64,000 nt of DNA, taken from positions 78,058,001 to 78,122,000 of the forward strand of contig OX597823.1 of assembly GCA_951406725.2 (NCBI GenBank), written 5' to 3'. The DNA is from Octopus vulgaris (lineage: Eukaryota). Below, piece by piece: positions 27,003-40,850 of the stretch. A model generated the notes under the pieces. The model was not told the DNA's origin, ran no database searches, and was given only the letters and a program-made list of their open reading frames with translations. Position 1 is the stretch's first letter. Each line of letters starts with the position of its first letter. A program made the position numbers and the translations under genes.

Positions 27003-27210
27003 TGTAACCACCTGTGTATCGTTGGCGATTTTCTTTCTCCATCTTCCCTTCCTTGGACCTTTTCTTTTTCTATGTTTCTGACGAAAAGCTTCGCTCAAAA
27101 TGTTAAATCCTCCTTCTTTCTTTCCTTTCCTGAGTGTCCAATAACATTATACTTGTTCCACGTCCTCGCATTGTTGCGTTTTCTCTTTGTGTTTTCATGT
27201 TTGGATTAAC

Positions 27211-27211
<1 letters not shown>
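27003..27211 (+). mobile_element. Penelope-like repeat (family P2) with degenerate hammerhead, within (TA)n
   Basis: GTTT-CTGACGA-AAAGC-TTC-GCTC-AAAA-TGTT-AAAT at 27074-27108. Homologous to 58561-58776; both end ATTAA(C/T)TATATATA. Confidence 0.6.
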
Positions 27212-27258
<47 letters not shown>

Positions 27259-30200
27259 TAGATATAGATATATGATGCCGATGATGTGTGTGTGTGTCTT
27301 GTATTGAAGAGAATTTACCCTCAGTATATTGGTATTACTCATCTTAGTAAAACATTTGCCAAAGTCAATTTTGGTGGCATTGGAATTTTAGAAGAGGTAC
27401 CAAACTATAAGCAAGTCTCTTAGACTGGTCACCTCCACTATTCACTTTTCATGTAATATTAAATATATAATTAAGTGCGCTGCTCTCAAAAATTACAATT
27501 TTCTCAATAGTTTTTAGCCTCGAGCTATTTTACAGACGCTTATTTTCATGTTTCATATACTTGTTTAATTCAGTGTAATATTGATTTACTTCAATATAAA
27601 CCAGTGTTTTTCATTTTGGATAGTGTAACATATAACATAATATGATTGATATAACATCAACAAAGCTAATGATAGAAATTTGTTGCAATTACGTGTTTAA
27701 TATTTTCATATATCATATATCTACCTTTAGGCTTATTTAAGTAACAATAAACTTAGGAAACTTTATAACAATAACTTTTTATATGTTTACAGGCAGAAGT
27801 CAACTACGTATAATTTACTTTTCCAAAGGATATTCCAATATATTTTTGTAATATTGTATGTGTATTTCTTCAGCAGTCTTATAACCATCGTGGCATTTGG
27901 TCTATTTTGGGAGGATCAGTCTTATGCGTATTTATTCTTGTCTTTTACAAAACTAACATAAAATGCTTTTCCAAAAACAGAATCTAATAAGGAAAAATAT
28001 TAATAAAAAAATATATCACATTCTTGAAGGGAGAATTTTGTTTCTAGTTAGAATTTACTGGAAAATAAACCAACCTTCCAGAAGATTCCAGTGCATTATC
28101 AATGTCAAAATAATGTAAGTCAATAAGATTTTCCTAAATCTTTATGATTTTTACACTTCAGTTCAAATTCTGTTCCAAATGCTAAAAAAGCCATTCCATT
28201 TCTGTTCATGGCATGCTATGAAATTATCTAAGTGTAAGGAATGAATTCCTGTTGCCTTCTCCAATTAGATCTGCATTCTAGGATTCCTAGGGAAGAGAGG
28301 TAAATGGACATTAGAAATATAATGGAAATCAAAATTGTTTCTTCAAACAGAACTCAAAACCGGGTTAACTCAGTTTTTCCAGGCACAGGAAAAGATTTCA
28401 GCTTAAAAGGAATCCTAACATATATGGTTTGAATGTGTATGAATCTATTTGCCTGAAAATTCTATATTAGATTTTCATATTCACATTTTGGTTTTGTTGA
28501 GTACTAGCCCCGTGGGTAAACTCAAACTCGTTCAACCATTCAGAATTCAATATTACCAAACAAAAAATATATATTGCAAATAAACAAATGCATCCATTCT
28601 GTTCATTGTTCACTACAATAATATAGAATTAATCCCTGTGGCAATATACTAAATAGTGTTGAAGGGGTTCCATTGAAGCAGTGGTTTTTCATGTAGGTCC
28701 ACATTCTGAATGAAATGCAGGTTGCTCAACCAAACTCCATTCACAGTGTAGTCCTCATGGTCAAATTCTCTCCTAAAGTTTCAAATCTCAATTTAGTTTG
28801 AGCCATAGCTATTCTACTAATTAAGCTCAAACTGTTGCATGGAAATTATTTGTGGCAACCAAATCATAACATTGTAGGAAAAACTGATAACTTACCCCCT
28901 CCTATCAGCTGCTCCTTAATTCCCTCCGTTTTTTTCTTTTTCTTCATTTCCTTGGTGAGGGAATTATGGGGCTTTCCTCAATGATTTGACCTTTTATACA
29001 TTTAATGTTTTTTTTTTGTTTCTTCCTGTAAAACTGTGTTTTATAAATTAAAAGTTTTGTGCAGTTGAAATAATATCAAATAAAGTTGTGGCTCTACATT
29101 CTATAAAAAAAAAAAGAATTAATCCAATGATGCTTACTTCTGGGAGGTTGCTATGTCACTGTGAACTTTCATCCACTTGTCAGAAGTGTTGTCTTACCTT
29201 TCAAGTTTCAAGCTGATTATTATCCGCCAGTCCTCACCCTCCCCACCGAATTCAGCATCTTTGGAACTCGTTATGTATGAGCTCTCTTCAACAAGTAAAA
29301 CTATGGAAATTTATATTAAATATCAATCAACAGCCGTAGCTTCATACAGTCATACTGATATCCATGTTCAAGAGGGTTTATTTGCAAAAAGGTCACTGAT
29401 GCTTCACCTCCTCTTCAGATTAACAAATGAAGTGTATGTGTGAGAAGTAGAGAGGGGAAATCTATATGTGCACATATGACAGTGTGAGACTGACACACAT
29501 GCACACAAGACTACTTATTCATACTTCTAAATGAAAGAGGATGCACGCACTTCAGTTTCTCCCAGTTAATGTTTAAGATGAATTCAGTTTCAAAGAATTT
29601 ATGGTAAGATATATAATAAACACTAATTTTTTTTTCTGCTTCTATGCAAAAAAAAAAAAAAAATTCAATTGCCTTTCTTTTCAATTATATTGTTGAAAAT
29701 TTTACTTGGGCATTTCTTGGAAGTTTATACTGGCTTATTTTTCAGTAAAATAATTAGTAAATGAAGAGGAGGTAAAAAAAGTAAATTTGAAACATTATTT
29801 TCAAAGCTTGCGCTGTTAAGTTAGCAGATCTTTTGAAGCCAGAGCATATCAATTAATTTTAAAGTATTTTCCCATAAAAAAAAAGACTTTGGCATGATTT
29901 ATAGAACTGCCAAGTTGTCAAGTCATTTATTGTTTTGCAGCAAGATTTATAGTTACATGAAATTTCATGTTGGTAATAAACATAAGAAGAATGAATTGTG
30001 TCATGGCTAACCAGTGATGAGAAGAAACAAAAATAGAAAAAAAATAACAATAATAATAATAATAGTAAAAACAATGGTATTCATTCTCTTTCTTTCTAAA
30101 TGGGCACATATTTTTCTGCAACATTGTATGATATGGTGAACTGCTACATCAAGTGAGTGTTGTGATCTAGATGAAACTGTTATTATTTGTTTCACTTTGT

Positions 30201-30557
30201 GAATGCAGTGATTATATCTGTTTATGCTTTGAGTTCAGATCTTATCATGATTGAATTTACCTTTCCTTCTTTTGAGCTCATTAAAATAACTATCATATTA
30301 TTCAAGTACTTGGTCACTTTAATGGATTGTACTCTTTCTCACAACTTTTAGACTTGTATCAAGTTAGACTTTATCATCGTTATTGATATCATTGACACTA
30401 ATATTTTATATTATTGTATGTATACATACAATAGATCGTCAGTAAATCATAAATCCAAAAGAGAAGCACACTCTAAGATATGGAGAGGCCATAACTATCA
30501 TTATTTACACACATACCAGTCTCTCATAGGATTAACTTCCCAGTTATTGTTGGAACT

Positions 30558-30860
30558 GTGGAGTGGCAATGGCCCAGTGGTTAGGGCAGCAGACACGCGG
30601 TCGGAGGATCGCAGTTTCGATTCCCAGACCAGGCGTTGTGTGTGTTTATTGAGTAAAAACACCTAAAAGCTCTACAAGGCTCCGGCAGGGTGTGGTGGCA
30701 ATTCCTTTTGTACTCTTTCGCCACGACTTTCTCTCACTCTCTCTTCCTGCTTCTTGAGTAACGCTGCGATGGACTGGCATCCCATCCAGCTGAGGGGAAC
30801 ACATATGCCACAGAAACTGGGAAACCAGGCCCATGAGCCTGGCTAGGCTTGAAAAGGACG
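30558..30860 (+). mobile_element. tRNA-derived SINE with V-domain-like motif
   Basis: A-box TGGCCCAGTGG, B-box GTTTCGATTCC, and CTGCGATGGACTGGCATCCCATCCAG (V-SINE-like). Confidence 0.85.
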
Positions 30861-31482
30861 ACAATGAAGAAATTGTTGGGACTGATTTACACCTGAGTGG
30901 ACTGAAATAGTTTAAAGATGAGGTATTTTTGCTCAAGAACACAATGCACTGCTAGGTCTAGGCATTGAAACTGCAATTTTATGGTCATGAGTGTAACATC
31001 CCAACCACATGGCCATGTGCATTAGACAGAATTATTAGTGTCAGAAAAAATGCTATTAATATTTCTTCTGGTTTTTTACATCCTGTGTTCAAATTTCACT
31101 TAAGTTAACTTTGCCTTCCATCCCACAGGAGTTGATAAAATAAGGTATATTCAAAGTTACTGAATGAATGTTTTGAAATTTTTAAGCATTTGATGCCTTC
31201 TATGCAAGCATTTAGAAACCAGTTCAGAATTCTTGTCTGAGGAAAAATCATGAGAAAATAAAATTGATATACTTCTGAGGTACATAAAATACAATTTTTT
31301 TTCCTAGACTTCTTACATGATGATTTTGTATTGTTTGGTTGTTGTTTTTTTTTTTTACAACCATGTTACCTTATACTCTGAGTATAAGCATGTGTTTAGA
31401 CCAACTTCACCTTACATCTTTCCAGAGAAGGCAAAATAGGTACCTGACATTTTTTGTGACTCAATCTCATGCCTGTGTAAGA

Positions 31483-31523
<41 letters not shown>

Positions 31524-31614
31524 ATACTAATACTAATACTACTACTACTCTGATTAACAGATTGTGAAGATTTTTTTTCTGCTTTAATAAAATAGTATAT
31601 TACTCTGCCTTTGA

Positions 31615-31872
31615 TGTTAAAGGTAAAGTTACTTTCTCGAGTCATACAGATTCATAAGGACCAGTTTCCTGGTTTCCACGGCATATAAATTCCCCGCCTG
31701 GATGGGACACCAGTCCATCACAGGATTACTCATTTTTGCCAGCTGAGTAGACTGAAGCAACATGAAATGAAGTGTTTTGCTCAAGATCATAACATGTCAC
31801 TCAGTCCAGGAATTGAAACCACAATCTTAACGATCATGAGTCCAACACCCTAACCACTAAACCACATGCATC
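31615..31872 (-). mobile_element. CORE+V-domain SINE
   Basis: Minus strand: TGGTTTAGTGGTTAGG A-box, GTTTCAATTCC B-box, TCTTGAGCAAAACACTTCATTTCA CORE, GATGGACTGGTGTCCCATCCAGG. Related decayed copies at 18830-19090 and 30880-31020. Confidence 0.85.
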
Positions 31873-32434
31873 CACTGGCTCTGCCTTTGGTATTCAAGTA
31901 TCATTTTTCCCCACCTTGTTTTGCACCTTTGTACTTACTTGTGCATATGTGTGTGTGTGTGTTTATGGGGGTGAGTTCAGGTTTTCTTGTCTCGATATCT
32001 TTTGATGGTTGCAAATGAGTCTCACCATTATGCAAGCGGCGTGCTTCACTTCTAAATGTCTGTGTAAACATGTGCATCCATGGGGAAATATTTATTTCTT
32101 TGTCGCCCACTGGGGGTCTAAACTTAGAGGGGACAAACAAGGACAGACAAAGGGATTAAGTCGATTACATAAACCCCAGTGTGTAACTGGTACCTATTTA
32201 ATTGACCCCGAAAGGATGAAAGGCAAAGTCGACCTTACTTGGAAACAGTTGAGAGTTGGTGACAGGATGAGCATCCAGCCATAAAAAAAAATATGCCTCA
32301 ACAAAGTCCGACCAACCCATGCAAGCATGGTAAAGTGAACATTAAAAGCGGTGGTGTATGCATGTGTACTAAGTATACTAGATGAAGAAGTGGCATAATC
32401 ATTAGAGCATCAGAAAAATCTGCTATGTCGTATT

Positions 32435-32841
32435 TACTCTTTTACTTGTTTCAGTCATTTGATTGTGGCCATGCTGGAGCACCACCTTTAGTCGAACGAA
32501 TCAACCCCAGGACTTATTCTTTGTAAGCCTAGTAGTTATTCTATCAGTCTCTTTTGCCGAACTGCTAAGTTATTGGAACGTAAACACACCAGTATCGGTT
32601 GTCAAGCGATGTTGGAGGGACAAACATAGACACACAAACATATTCACACACACATACATATACATATATATATATATATATATACGACAGCCTTCTTTCA
32701 GTTTCCAAATCCACTCACAAGGCTTTAGTCGGCCTCAGGCTATAGTAGAAGACACTTGCCCAAGGTGCCATACAGTAGGACTGAACCCAGAACCATGTGG
32801 TTCATAAGCAAGCTACTTACCACACAGCTACTCCTATGCCT
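32435..32841 (-). mobile_element. SINE-A
   Basis: Full family A architecture. Confidence 0.92.
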
Positions 32842-33826
32842 ATTTGTTCTCAGTCTTTATGTTCTGAGTTCAAATCCTGCCGAGATCAGCTTTGCCATTA
32901 ATCCTTTTAGGGGCTGATACATTAATGTAATAAAGTTCCAGTCAAATGCTGAGATCAATGGTAATTTCCTTGAAATTACTGGTCTTGTGCCTAAATTAGA
33001 AACCTTTATTTTTTTCTAAGAAAAAAAACAAGACAACACAAAGCATGGTTTGTTAGACTTTTGACAAGCCACTTGTCATAATATATATGAATTGCTTCAG
33101 AAAACATAAAACACTGACAGCAGAACATGTGCCAGCTGGGTTGCACACACTTCAAAATGCCAGGTAAATGAATAATAAGTTAATATTAATCAGTAGAGTG
33201 TCAGAGAAAACACCTTATGGTTTTTAAAACACATTGTTATAGGGTCAAAAACGTAAGTGCCAGTCAAGAAATGCAGGCCAATTTTAAATCAAGTGTATAT
33301 GTTGCCGCAATTTGTGCTTAGGCTAAAAGACAATTTCGAGATCATTTTTGTCATTGTGTTGTGAAAAGCAATATATCTCTTGATTCATTCATGAACGCCA
33401 CTTAACATTTCCTCCAAACTATAAATTAGTCTACTTTTGAAATGATCGAGAATAAAATATTGCAGTAGAAGAAAAGAGAAAAAAACAAAAAAAAACAAAA
33501 AAAAGACAGACTGAAACTGACTGTTTCCAGTATTCTTTATGTTATATATTTCCCTCTCTCTCTCTCTCCCATTCTCTATCTCTCTCTCTCAGTCTTTCTA
33601 TCTCTATCTTTCTCATTCCCCACTTTCCCTCTCTCCTGCTATAAAAAATATGATAATCAGTATCTTCTAAGACTAAAGTATGCATTAACCTCACTGCCAT
33701 CATTATCATCATCTTCATCGTCATCATCATCACCAGCATCATCATTATTCTTGCTGCTAGAGCACTGGTTTGGCAGAGTTGTTAGAGTGTTGGACAAAAA
33801 GGCTTATAGTAGATCTTTACTTATGG

Positions 33827-34060
33827 AAGGTGGTGAGCTGGCAGAAACGTTAGCCCACCAGGCGAAATGCTTAGTGGTATTTCGTCTGCCGCTACATTCT
33901 GAGTTCAAATTCCACCGAGGTCGACTTTGCCTTTCATTCTTTTGGGGTCAATTAAATAAGTACCAGTTACGCACTGGGGGCGATATAATCGACTTAATCC
34001 GTTTGTCTGTCCTTGTTTGTCCTCTGTGTTTAGCCCCTTGTGGGTAGTAAAGAAATAGGT
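33827..34060 (+). mobile_element. SINE-B
   Basis: Full-length; possible 7-bp TSD CTTATGG (33820-33826 and 34061-34067). Confidence 0.9.
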
Positions 34061-34574
34061 CTTATGGTACATTTTAGGTTCAAATCCTACAGAGATCAGA
34101 TAAGGTGCTCAAAGCCTGCAGTTGCTATGAAATTTTTGCAGTATTTTTCTATATAAGATATTCATAATAATATACCTTCATACTGAGTGCAGAAAATTCT
34201 CCACTAACAAGCTGCTGTTATGTGTAATCTTAGCTAATTAAGTCTTCTAATTTTAAAGGATTCAGTTGCCATCTCACTTTGGTGTCGTGGCTAGTAGAGA
34301 TATGTGGCTCAGAGAAAATGTGATGTTTAAGTACTGCAAGTTATCTCATATCTTTTTTTACATTTTCTCTATTTGATATGATATATAAATATGTTAAAAT
34401 CTTAAAGGAGTCGAATTGCAATGATCATTTGGACGTTGACTGATGAAGAATTAGCTATGAATTTTCTGTTTGCTATGTTTTTGTATAATTTTTCATTTGT
34501 TGTGTTTTTGTTAAATTTTTGAAATATGTATATGCTTACATATATAAACATATACATATTTACATATATACATG

Positions 34575-34639
<65 letters not shown>

Positions 34640-34649
<10 letters not shown>

Positions 34650-35156
34650 GGCAGGATGTGTGTGTATGTATGTGAATGTACTTTATGCACGTCCACAAAT
34701 TAGCATGCATGTCACTCCAATTTTAGGACATTGGTCACAACAATGGCTGTACTTTTGTCAACTTATTTTTCCTGAGGCACCCCTGGATAGCGGTAGAATA
34801 GCTTTTCAACCATAACTTTTACCAATTTTCATGCCGGTGAAATCCGTAAGTTTGCTAACATGAGTTAAGTCCCCTGTCTTACAGATTAATTCACCCTACT
34901 ACAATGTCTCCAAAAAAAATTAGATTTGGACTACCTAAGCAATCTCAGCCTAGGAAAAGGGAAAGAGCTGAAGAGACAGACTATCAGCAGACCCATTAGT
35001 AAAATATTATAACTTTTGGGCCGAAACCTGGCAATAAGAGCTTGCGGATATGCCACTACAAAACATTCAATAATATCGAAGCAGTAACTTTCATAAATCA
35101 GGGTATAATTTTTGAAAACTCTTTCTGAACCAGTCAACGATGGGTATTTCTGCTAG
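34640..35156 (+). mobile_element. Non-autonomous Helitron
   Basis: 3' hairpin ACCAGTC-AAC-GATGGGT (35129-35145), then CTAG (35153-35156) followed by T, the canonical Helitron 3' end. The 5' end TATATAAACGGCAGGATGTGTG merges into (TA)n, so the 5' TC is not visible. No TSD. Confidence 0.75.
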
Positions 35157-35420
35157 TATATATATTTATAATGGTCCTGTCACTAGGAAATGCTAGGAGT
35201 TCACTTCCTTGCTCACAATTATATCTGATGCAGCTGTGCATCGTTAACTAGCTAGAGGAGATGTCCCCTTGGGGTTAAAAAATCTTAGTAGAGTCCACTA
35301 GAAAGGACAGTCATACAAAAGTGGCTACAAATATCACTTGTCAGTACAACTACTGTGTTGATCTCTTAGAGAGATTTTAGAACTAGTATTTTTGCTTATA
35401 TATATATATATATATATATG

Positions 35421-35802
35421 CATGCAGGAGTGGCTGTGTGGTAAGAAGCTTGCTTCCCAACCACATGGTTCAGAGTTCAGTCCCCTTTTTGGCATCTTGG
35501 ACAAGAGTCTTCTACTATGACCTCGGTCCAGCCAAAGACTTGTGAGTAGATTTTGTAGACGGAAACTGAATGAATCCCATCATATATATGTGTTTGTCTC
35601 CCCACCACAACCACTTTGTAACTGATACTGGTGTGTTTATGTCCCCATAACTTGGCAGTTCAGCAAAGAGATTGATAGAATAAGTAGCAGATTTTAAAAA
35701 GAATAAGCACTTGAGTTGATACATTCGACTCAAAATTCTTCAAGGCAGTGCCCCAGCATGGTCGCAGTCTTATGAGTGAAACAAATAAAAAATAGATAAA
35801 AG
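35421..35802 (+). mobile_element. SINE-A (older variant)
   Basis: GCAGGAGTGGCTGTGTGGTAAGAAGC head and family A body and tail. Confidence 0.88.
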
Positions 35803-36048
35803 ATATACATACATACATATATATATATATACATATATAATTATTTATATGTACATATGTATATACTGAGAGAGAGAAAGAGCCATGCACTGGCATGGCT
35901 ATATTTTTAAGAAGTTTACTTCACAATCAATTTGTAACACCTTGGGTGAATATTTTCAATTTAGCTTCAGGTCAACCAATGCATTGTGAGTAAAATTTGA
36001 TAGTTGCAAATTGTTTGAAGTCTTGTGTGTGTGTGTGTGATTGTGATT

Positions 36049-36084
<36 letters not shown>

Positions 36085-36296
36085 GTTACTGTGTGAATGA
36101 GAGCCAAAATGGAGACAGTGTTTGCATCTCAAATAATCAAAAACCCCATAGCTCACCATGGAAAAAGTGGATATAAAATAACTATGGCTTATGTTAGAGT
36201 GTGCATACACACACACACATGCATCATCATTATCATTACATACATGTGTGCGTGTGCATATGTATGTGTATGTATGTATGTATGTGTGTGTGTATA

Positions 36297-36336
<40 letters not shown>

Positions 36337-36471
36337 TAGATAGATAGATAGATATATATTTACACACACGATTTTATAGAAAATCTTTGAAGTTGTGTAT
36401 TTATCGAAAACTTTCAAACAGAAATGTACTTCTGTAATGTATCCATGTATGAAATGATAAAAATGCATTTC

Positions 36472-36516
<45 letters not shown>

Positions 36517-36721
36517 TACACATATATATATATATACATACATATATATATATACACACACACATATGTTTATATGTGTCTGTGTGTATATGTATGCATA
36601 CACATACATATATATATAATATATATATTCATATATGTATGTATATATGTATATATATATATATATGTATGCATACATATATATATATAAATATGTGTGT
36701 ATGTATAAATATATGTATGTG

Positions 36722-36769
<48 letters not shown>

Positions 36770-36780
36770 TATACATATAT

Positions 36781-36817
<37 letters not shown>

Positions 36818-37814
36818 AATATATATATATACAAATATATATATTTATGTGTGAATGTATTTATGTATGTATATGCCTGCATGTATATATTCATGGAGAA
36901 ATGATAACAAGTGCACCTAGTTTATTACTATTATTTTTTCCCAGAAACATGGCGCCATTGGCCATGATTGTTACACATTAACTGTCATATTATTCAAATT
37001 CAATGTCTTTGAACTAGAACTGCTGATAGGGACTGTGTCGATCAGGCTGCACAGCTGATGATTCCTATCCTGTAACTGGCATTTGCTGCATCTAATACTA
37101 AAGTCTCACTGGCACCAGTTATGCAATTGCATATAGATATGGGTAGATGCAAGTCACTTGAATATGTAGCTGGTATTCAGGTCTGCTTAGCAATTATTTT
37201 GTTGTTTATCATTGGTTTAAGCGAAAGCCCCCTATATAACTGTTCCCTTTTTTTTAAGTCACTTACACTGTGATGTCAACCATCATTTAAATGCTATCAT
37301 GGTGAAATTTGTAGCATAATTCATATCAATGAATTATACTAAAAGCTGTCAAATGTACACCAATATAACAATTCATCTTTTATAGGTGTTTTCTTGCTAG
37401 TATTTCTGCATAATTACATGCAGTTATTGCATCTCTTTCACACACACGTACATGGTAAATGTAATGAACAACGAAAGAAAGAAGATAATACATTAGGGAT
37501 AAGATTTTCCATATACTGTTTTAGCTTAATGCTTAAAAAGAGAATCTGAACATTTCGGGCATTTGTTCTTTATCAGAAGGAAGACCAAAGTGTAAGAGGA
37601 GAAAATGAGAAAAGATGGTGGAAAAAATGGGTGTAGTGTCAGGAAGCAGATGGACATGCTATTCTACTGGAAGAGGAGCTAAGAGGGTGGGTGGGGAGCT
37701 CATGTCAGTATATATATCATCATCATTTTAGCATCCACTTTTCAATACTTCCAAGTGTCAGCCAGAATTCATTGAGTTCGATTTCAAGCAGTGACCTGAA
37801 TAATAATAATAATA

Positions 37815-37961
37815 AAAACATCGAAAAATACCTTAGGAATGAAAACCCAGGTTCAAAATTTCCCCAAGACACCTAATGAAGGCTGGAGGGTATATCAGCC
37901 AAAATGTTGTGTTAACAACAAACAAGATGAGGACAAATATCCGTCAAATGTAAATAATGTA
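37815..37961 (+). mobile_element. Penelope-like repeat P1 with inactivated hammerhead
   Basis: Same repeat as 43113-43266; the core is mutated to CTAATGA and AAAATGTT at 37868-37913. Confidence 0.7.
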
Positions 37962-39193
37962 CATGATTCCTCATCTCTTAAATATATAACTCAATTTTTC
38001 TACTACCTGATACCTTTCCTGTTGTTAACCTTCGCCTGTTTCCAAACAAGTTAATAATCTCCTAGGCTAATGAATAACAAAGAGCCTAAACATAGCTACA
38101 TGAAGGACTGGAGCCAAACAACATTGTGTAAAGAAGCTTGTCAATTATGAAGATCAAGTAGCTTCTCAAGAAGCCAGGACATGCTCCTGTAGATGATTGA
38201 TTGCAAGCAAAGGACTTTGTTGATATTGACAGCAAATGTGTTCTTAACAGTTAGTGAATAGACATCAAAATGATTAGAGATATGATCTCACCCATGCTAT
38301 AACATCTATCCAACTGTCCATCCATCCATCTGTCTATCTGTCCATCTATCCATCCATCCATCAGTATATACATACATACATGCATGCATGTATGCATACT
38401 TTCACTAATATCCCCTGGAATTGATTGTCAAATATCCTTAGTTTTATATTATTACTGAAGTCCAGTAACTCCTTTTTGAATTTCTCCATTGGTGAGTTAA
38501 GGATCAGGATTTTTGTAGGGGTACAAATCATACAAATTTCTCTTCTTCTCTACAATTATGTTTAAATACAAAATTTCCCTGCTCTAAATTGCTACGAATC
38601 ACTGCTCATTCTTTCTTTCTACTGTACACACACACACACACATACATAATACATACAAATATACATACATACATATTATATTTGTTTGTTCCTATCTGGG
38701 CTATGAAAGGTCTTTTTACATTTTTGTTGGTCATAATTATTCTACCAGTAGGTAATTCTGATTTTTATTTCAAGAAGAATTTTTTTGTTTTTTGTCTTTG
38801 GAATTAGACTCCAAAACAATTTGTAGAATTTATTTTGGATCCATACCAACCTGGATTATGAATTAGAGATCATCTGCATCTACAATTTTTTCCTTTCCTT
38901 ATATTTTATTTATATATATATACATATTGCTGGACTGGGTCTTGTGCAGGTGGCACATAAAAAGCACCATTTGAGCATAGCCGTTGCCAGTACCACCTGA
39001 CTGACCCTCGTGCTGGTTGCATGTAAAAGCACCTACTACACTAGCGGAGTGGTTGGCGTTAGGAAGGGCATCCAGCTGTAGAAACTCTGCCAGATCAGAT
39101 TGGAGCCTGGTGCAGCCATCTGGTTCACCAGACCTCAGTCAAATTGTCCAACCCATGCTAGCATGAAAAGTGGGCGTTAAACGACGATGATGA

Positions 39194-39228
<35 letters not shown>

Positions 39229-40242
39229 GAAAATGGGACAAAAATGCAAAACATTCAGATAGTTAGGTGATACAAAAACAAGACAACAAAACATCCAGAT
39301 AGACGATACAAAGGAAACAAGGATGGGTCATTCGGAGCTTTCTTTTCTCAGTCAAGTTCCAGATTATCTTTACAATTTCAGCTGGTTATATATATATATA
39401 CATGCATATATACATACAACAGGCTTTTTTCCAGTTTCATTTACCAATTTTATTCATCAGATATTGATCAGCTCACAAGCTCATAGTTATAGGATAGAAT
39501 GCCAGCCAGCAGCTTTCATACATTGGAACTGAACCCATAATCATGTTTTTCAGAAGCAGACTTCCTACACAGTCGCACATATCTATGTGTATATGCATTT
39601 ATGTATGGCATTATAGTTAAGTGCTTTGAATCTCTGTATTAGAAATTGAAATGATGGGTTTGTATATAGGAATAGCGCAGCTGAAGACAATCATTGACCA
39701 AACCAATAAAAACATTAGGCAGAACTTCAAAACAGCAGACATTAATAAATCACCTTATGGCTGCATATAGGAACTGAACACTGTCTTATGTTTAATTCAA
39801 CATTTATCTTCAGTTTCCACTCTCTAACATCCTAAAACCTATTTAAATTTTATTGAATTTATGAGCTTCTGCAGATCTTTGTGTATAAAGTATGTATGAA
39901 ATAAATTGTGATATTGTATTTGCATATCTGTTTATAATACTGTTTGTAGTAGTACTTAGCAAATGTTTGTATATGTGAATCACTTTTTTTGTCTTTCATA
40001 GAGATTATAACAAATTATTTTAGTGTTCTGTTTTAAGTATATTTCTGAAGATTAGAATTATTTTAAAACATGCTATTTCATCTCCTAGAGGATAGCATTC
40101 AAAAGCATGTAGATGCACATCTTGATCACTTGATCAGAATAAACAGAAGCTGTTTATAACGTCTGAAAATCCATGAAGATAAATCTGTATTTGGTTACAG
40201 TTGGTAAAAAATAAAAGAATATAGGACCTACACTTAAGAAAT

Positions 40243-40570
40243 ATGTGTGATAAGAAGCTTGCTTTATAATGGTATGATTTCAGGTTCAGTCCCACTGCAT
40301 GACACCTTGGGCAAGTGACCTCTACTATAGCTCTAGAAGCCTTGTGAGTAGATTTGATAGATGGAAACTAAAAGAATTCCATCATACATACATACACATC
40401 ATCATCATCGTTTAACGTCTGCTTTCCATGCTAGCATGGGTTGGGTGGTTTGACTGTGGGCTGGTGAACCAAATGGCTGCACCAGGCTCCAGTCTTTATC
40501 TTGCAGTGTTTCTACAGCTGGATGCCCTTCCTAATGCCAACCACTTCGAAAGTGTAGTGGGTGCTTTTAT

Positions 40571-40604
<34 letters not shown>

Positions 40605-40850
40605 GTTTGTGTGTATGTGTGTGTGTGTTTGTGTGTGTTTGTGTGTGTGTATCTATATGTGTGTGTCCCAGTGTTTGTGTTTATCCCTCACTGCTTAACA
40701 ATAGTTGTTGATTTCTCTACATCTCTGTAACTTAACAGTTTGGCAAAGAGAGACCAATAGAATAAGCATCAGGTTTAAAAATAACTTGTTTCGGTAAACC
40801 TTCAAGGTGATGCCCCAGCTTGGCCGCAATCCAATGATAGAAACGACAGA
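40243..40850 (+). mobile_element. SINE-A interrupted by a SINE-C copy (~40399-40568, minus)
   Basis: Family A body is split in its internal microsatellite by (CAT)n-CGTTTAACGTC...GGGTGCTTTT; possible ATACACA TSD. Confidence 0.8.

Noticed and set aside
28660-28790. Minus-strand VNGVWLSNLHFIQNVDL resembling the RTE ING..L.NLRFADD motif
   Set aside because: Catalytic ADD is absent and no flanking RT motifs were found; too weak to call.
34440-34446. Isolated CTGATGA motifs (also near 12155 and 37055)
   Set aside because: No stem II, GAAA or stem I complement, so they are not hammerheads.
36945-37058. Acceptor-like TTTTTTCCCAG followed by [25 protein letters not shown], superficially CUB-like
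   Set aside because: Spacing does not fit a CUB N-terminal half, no good donor precedes the stop, and it cannot supply the expected residues before CPFDY.
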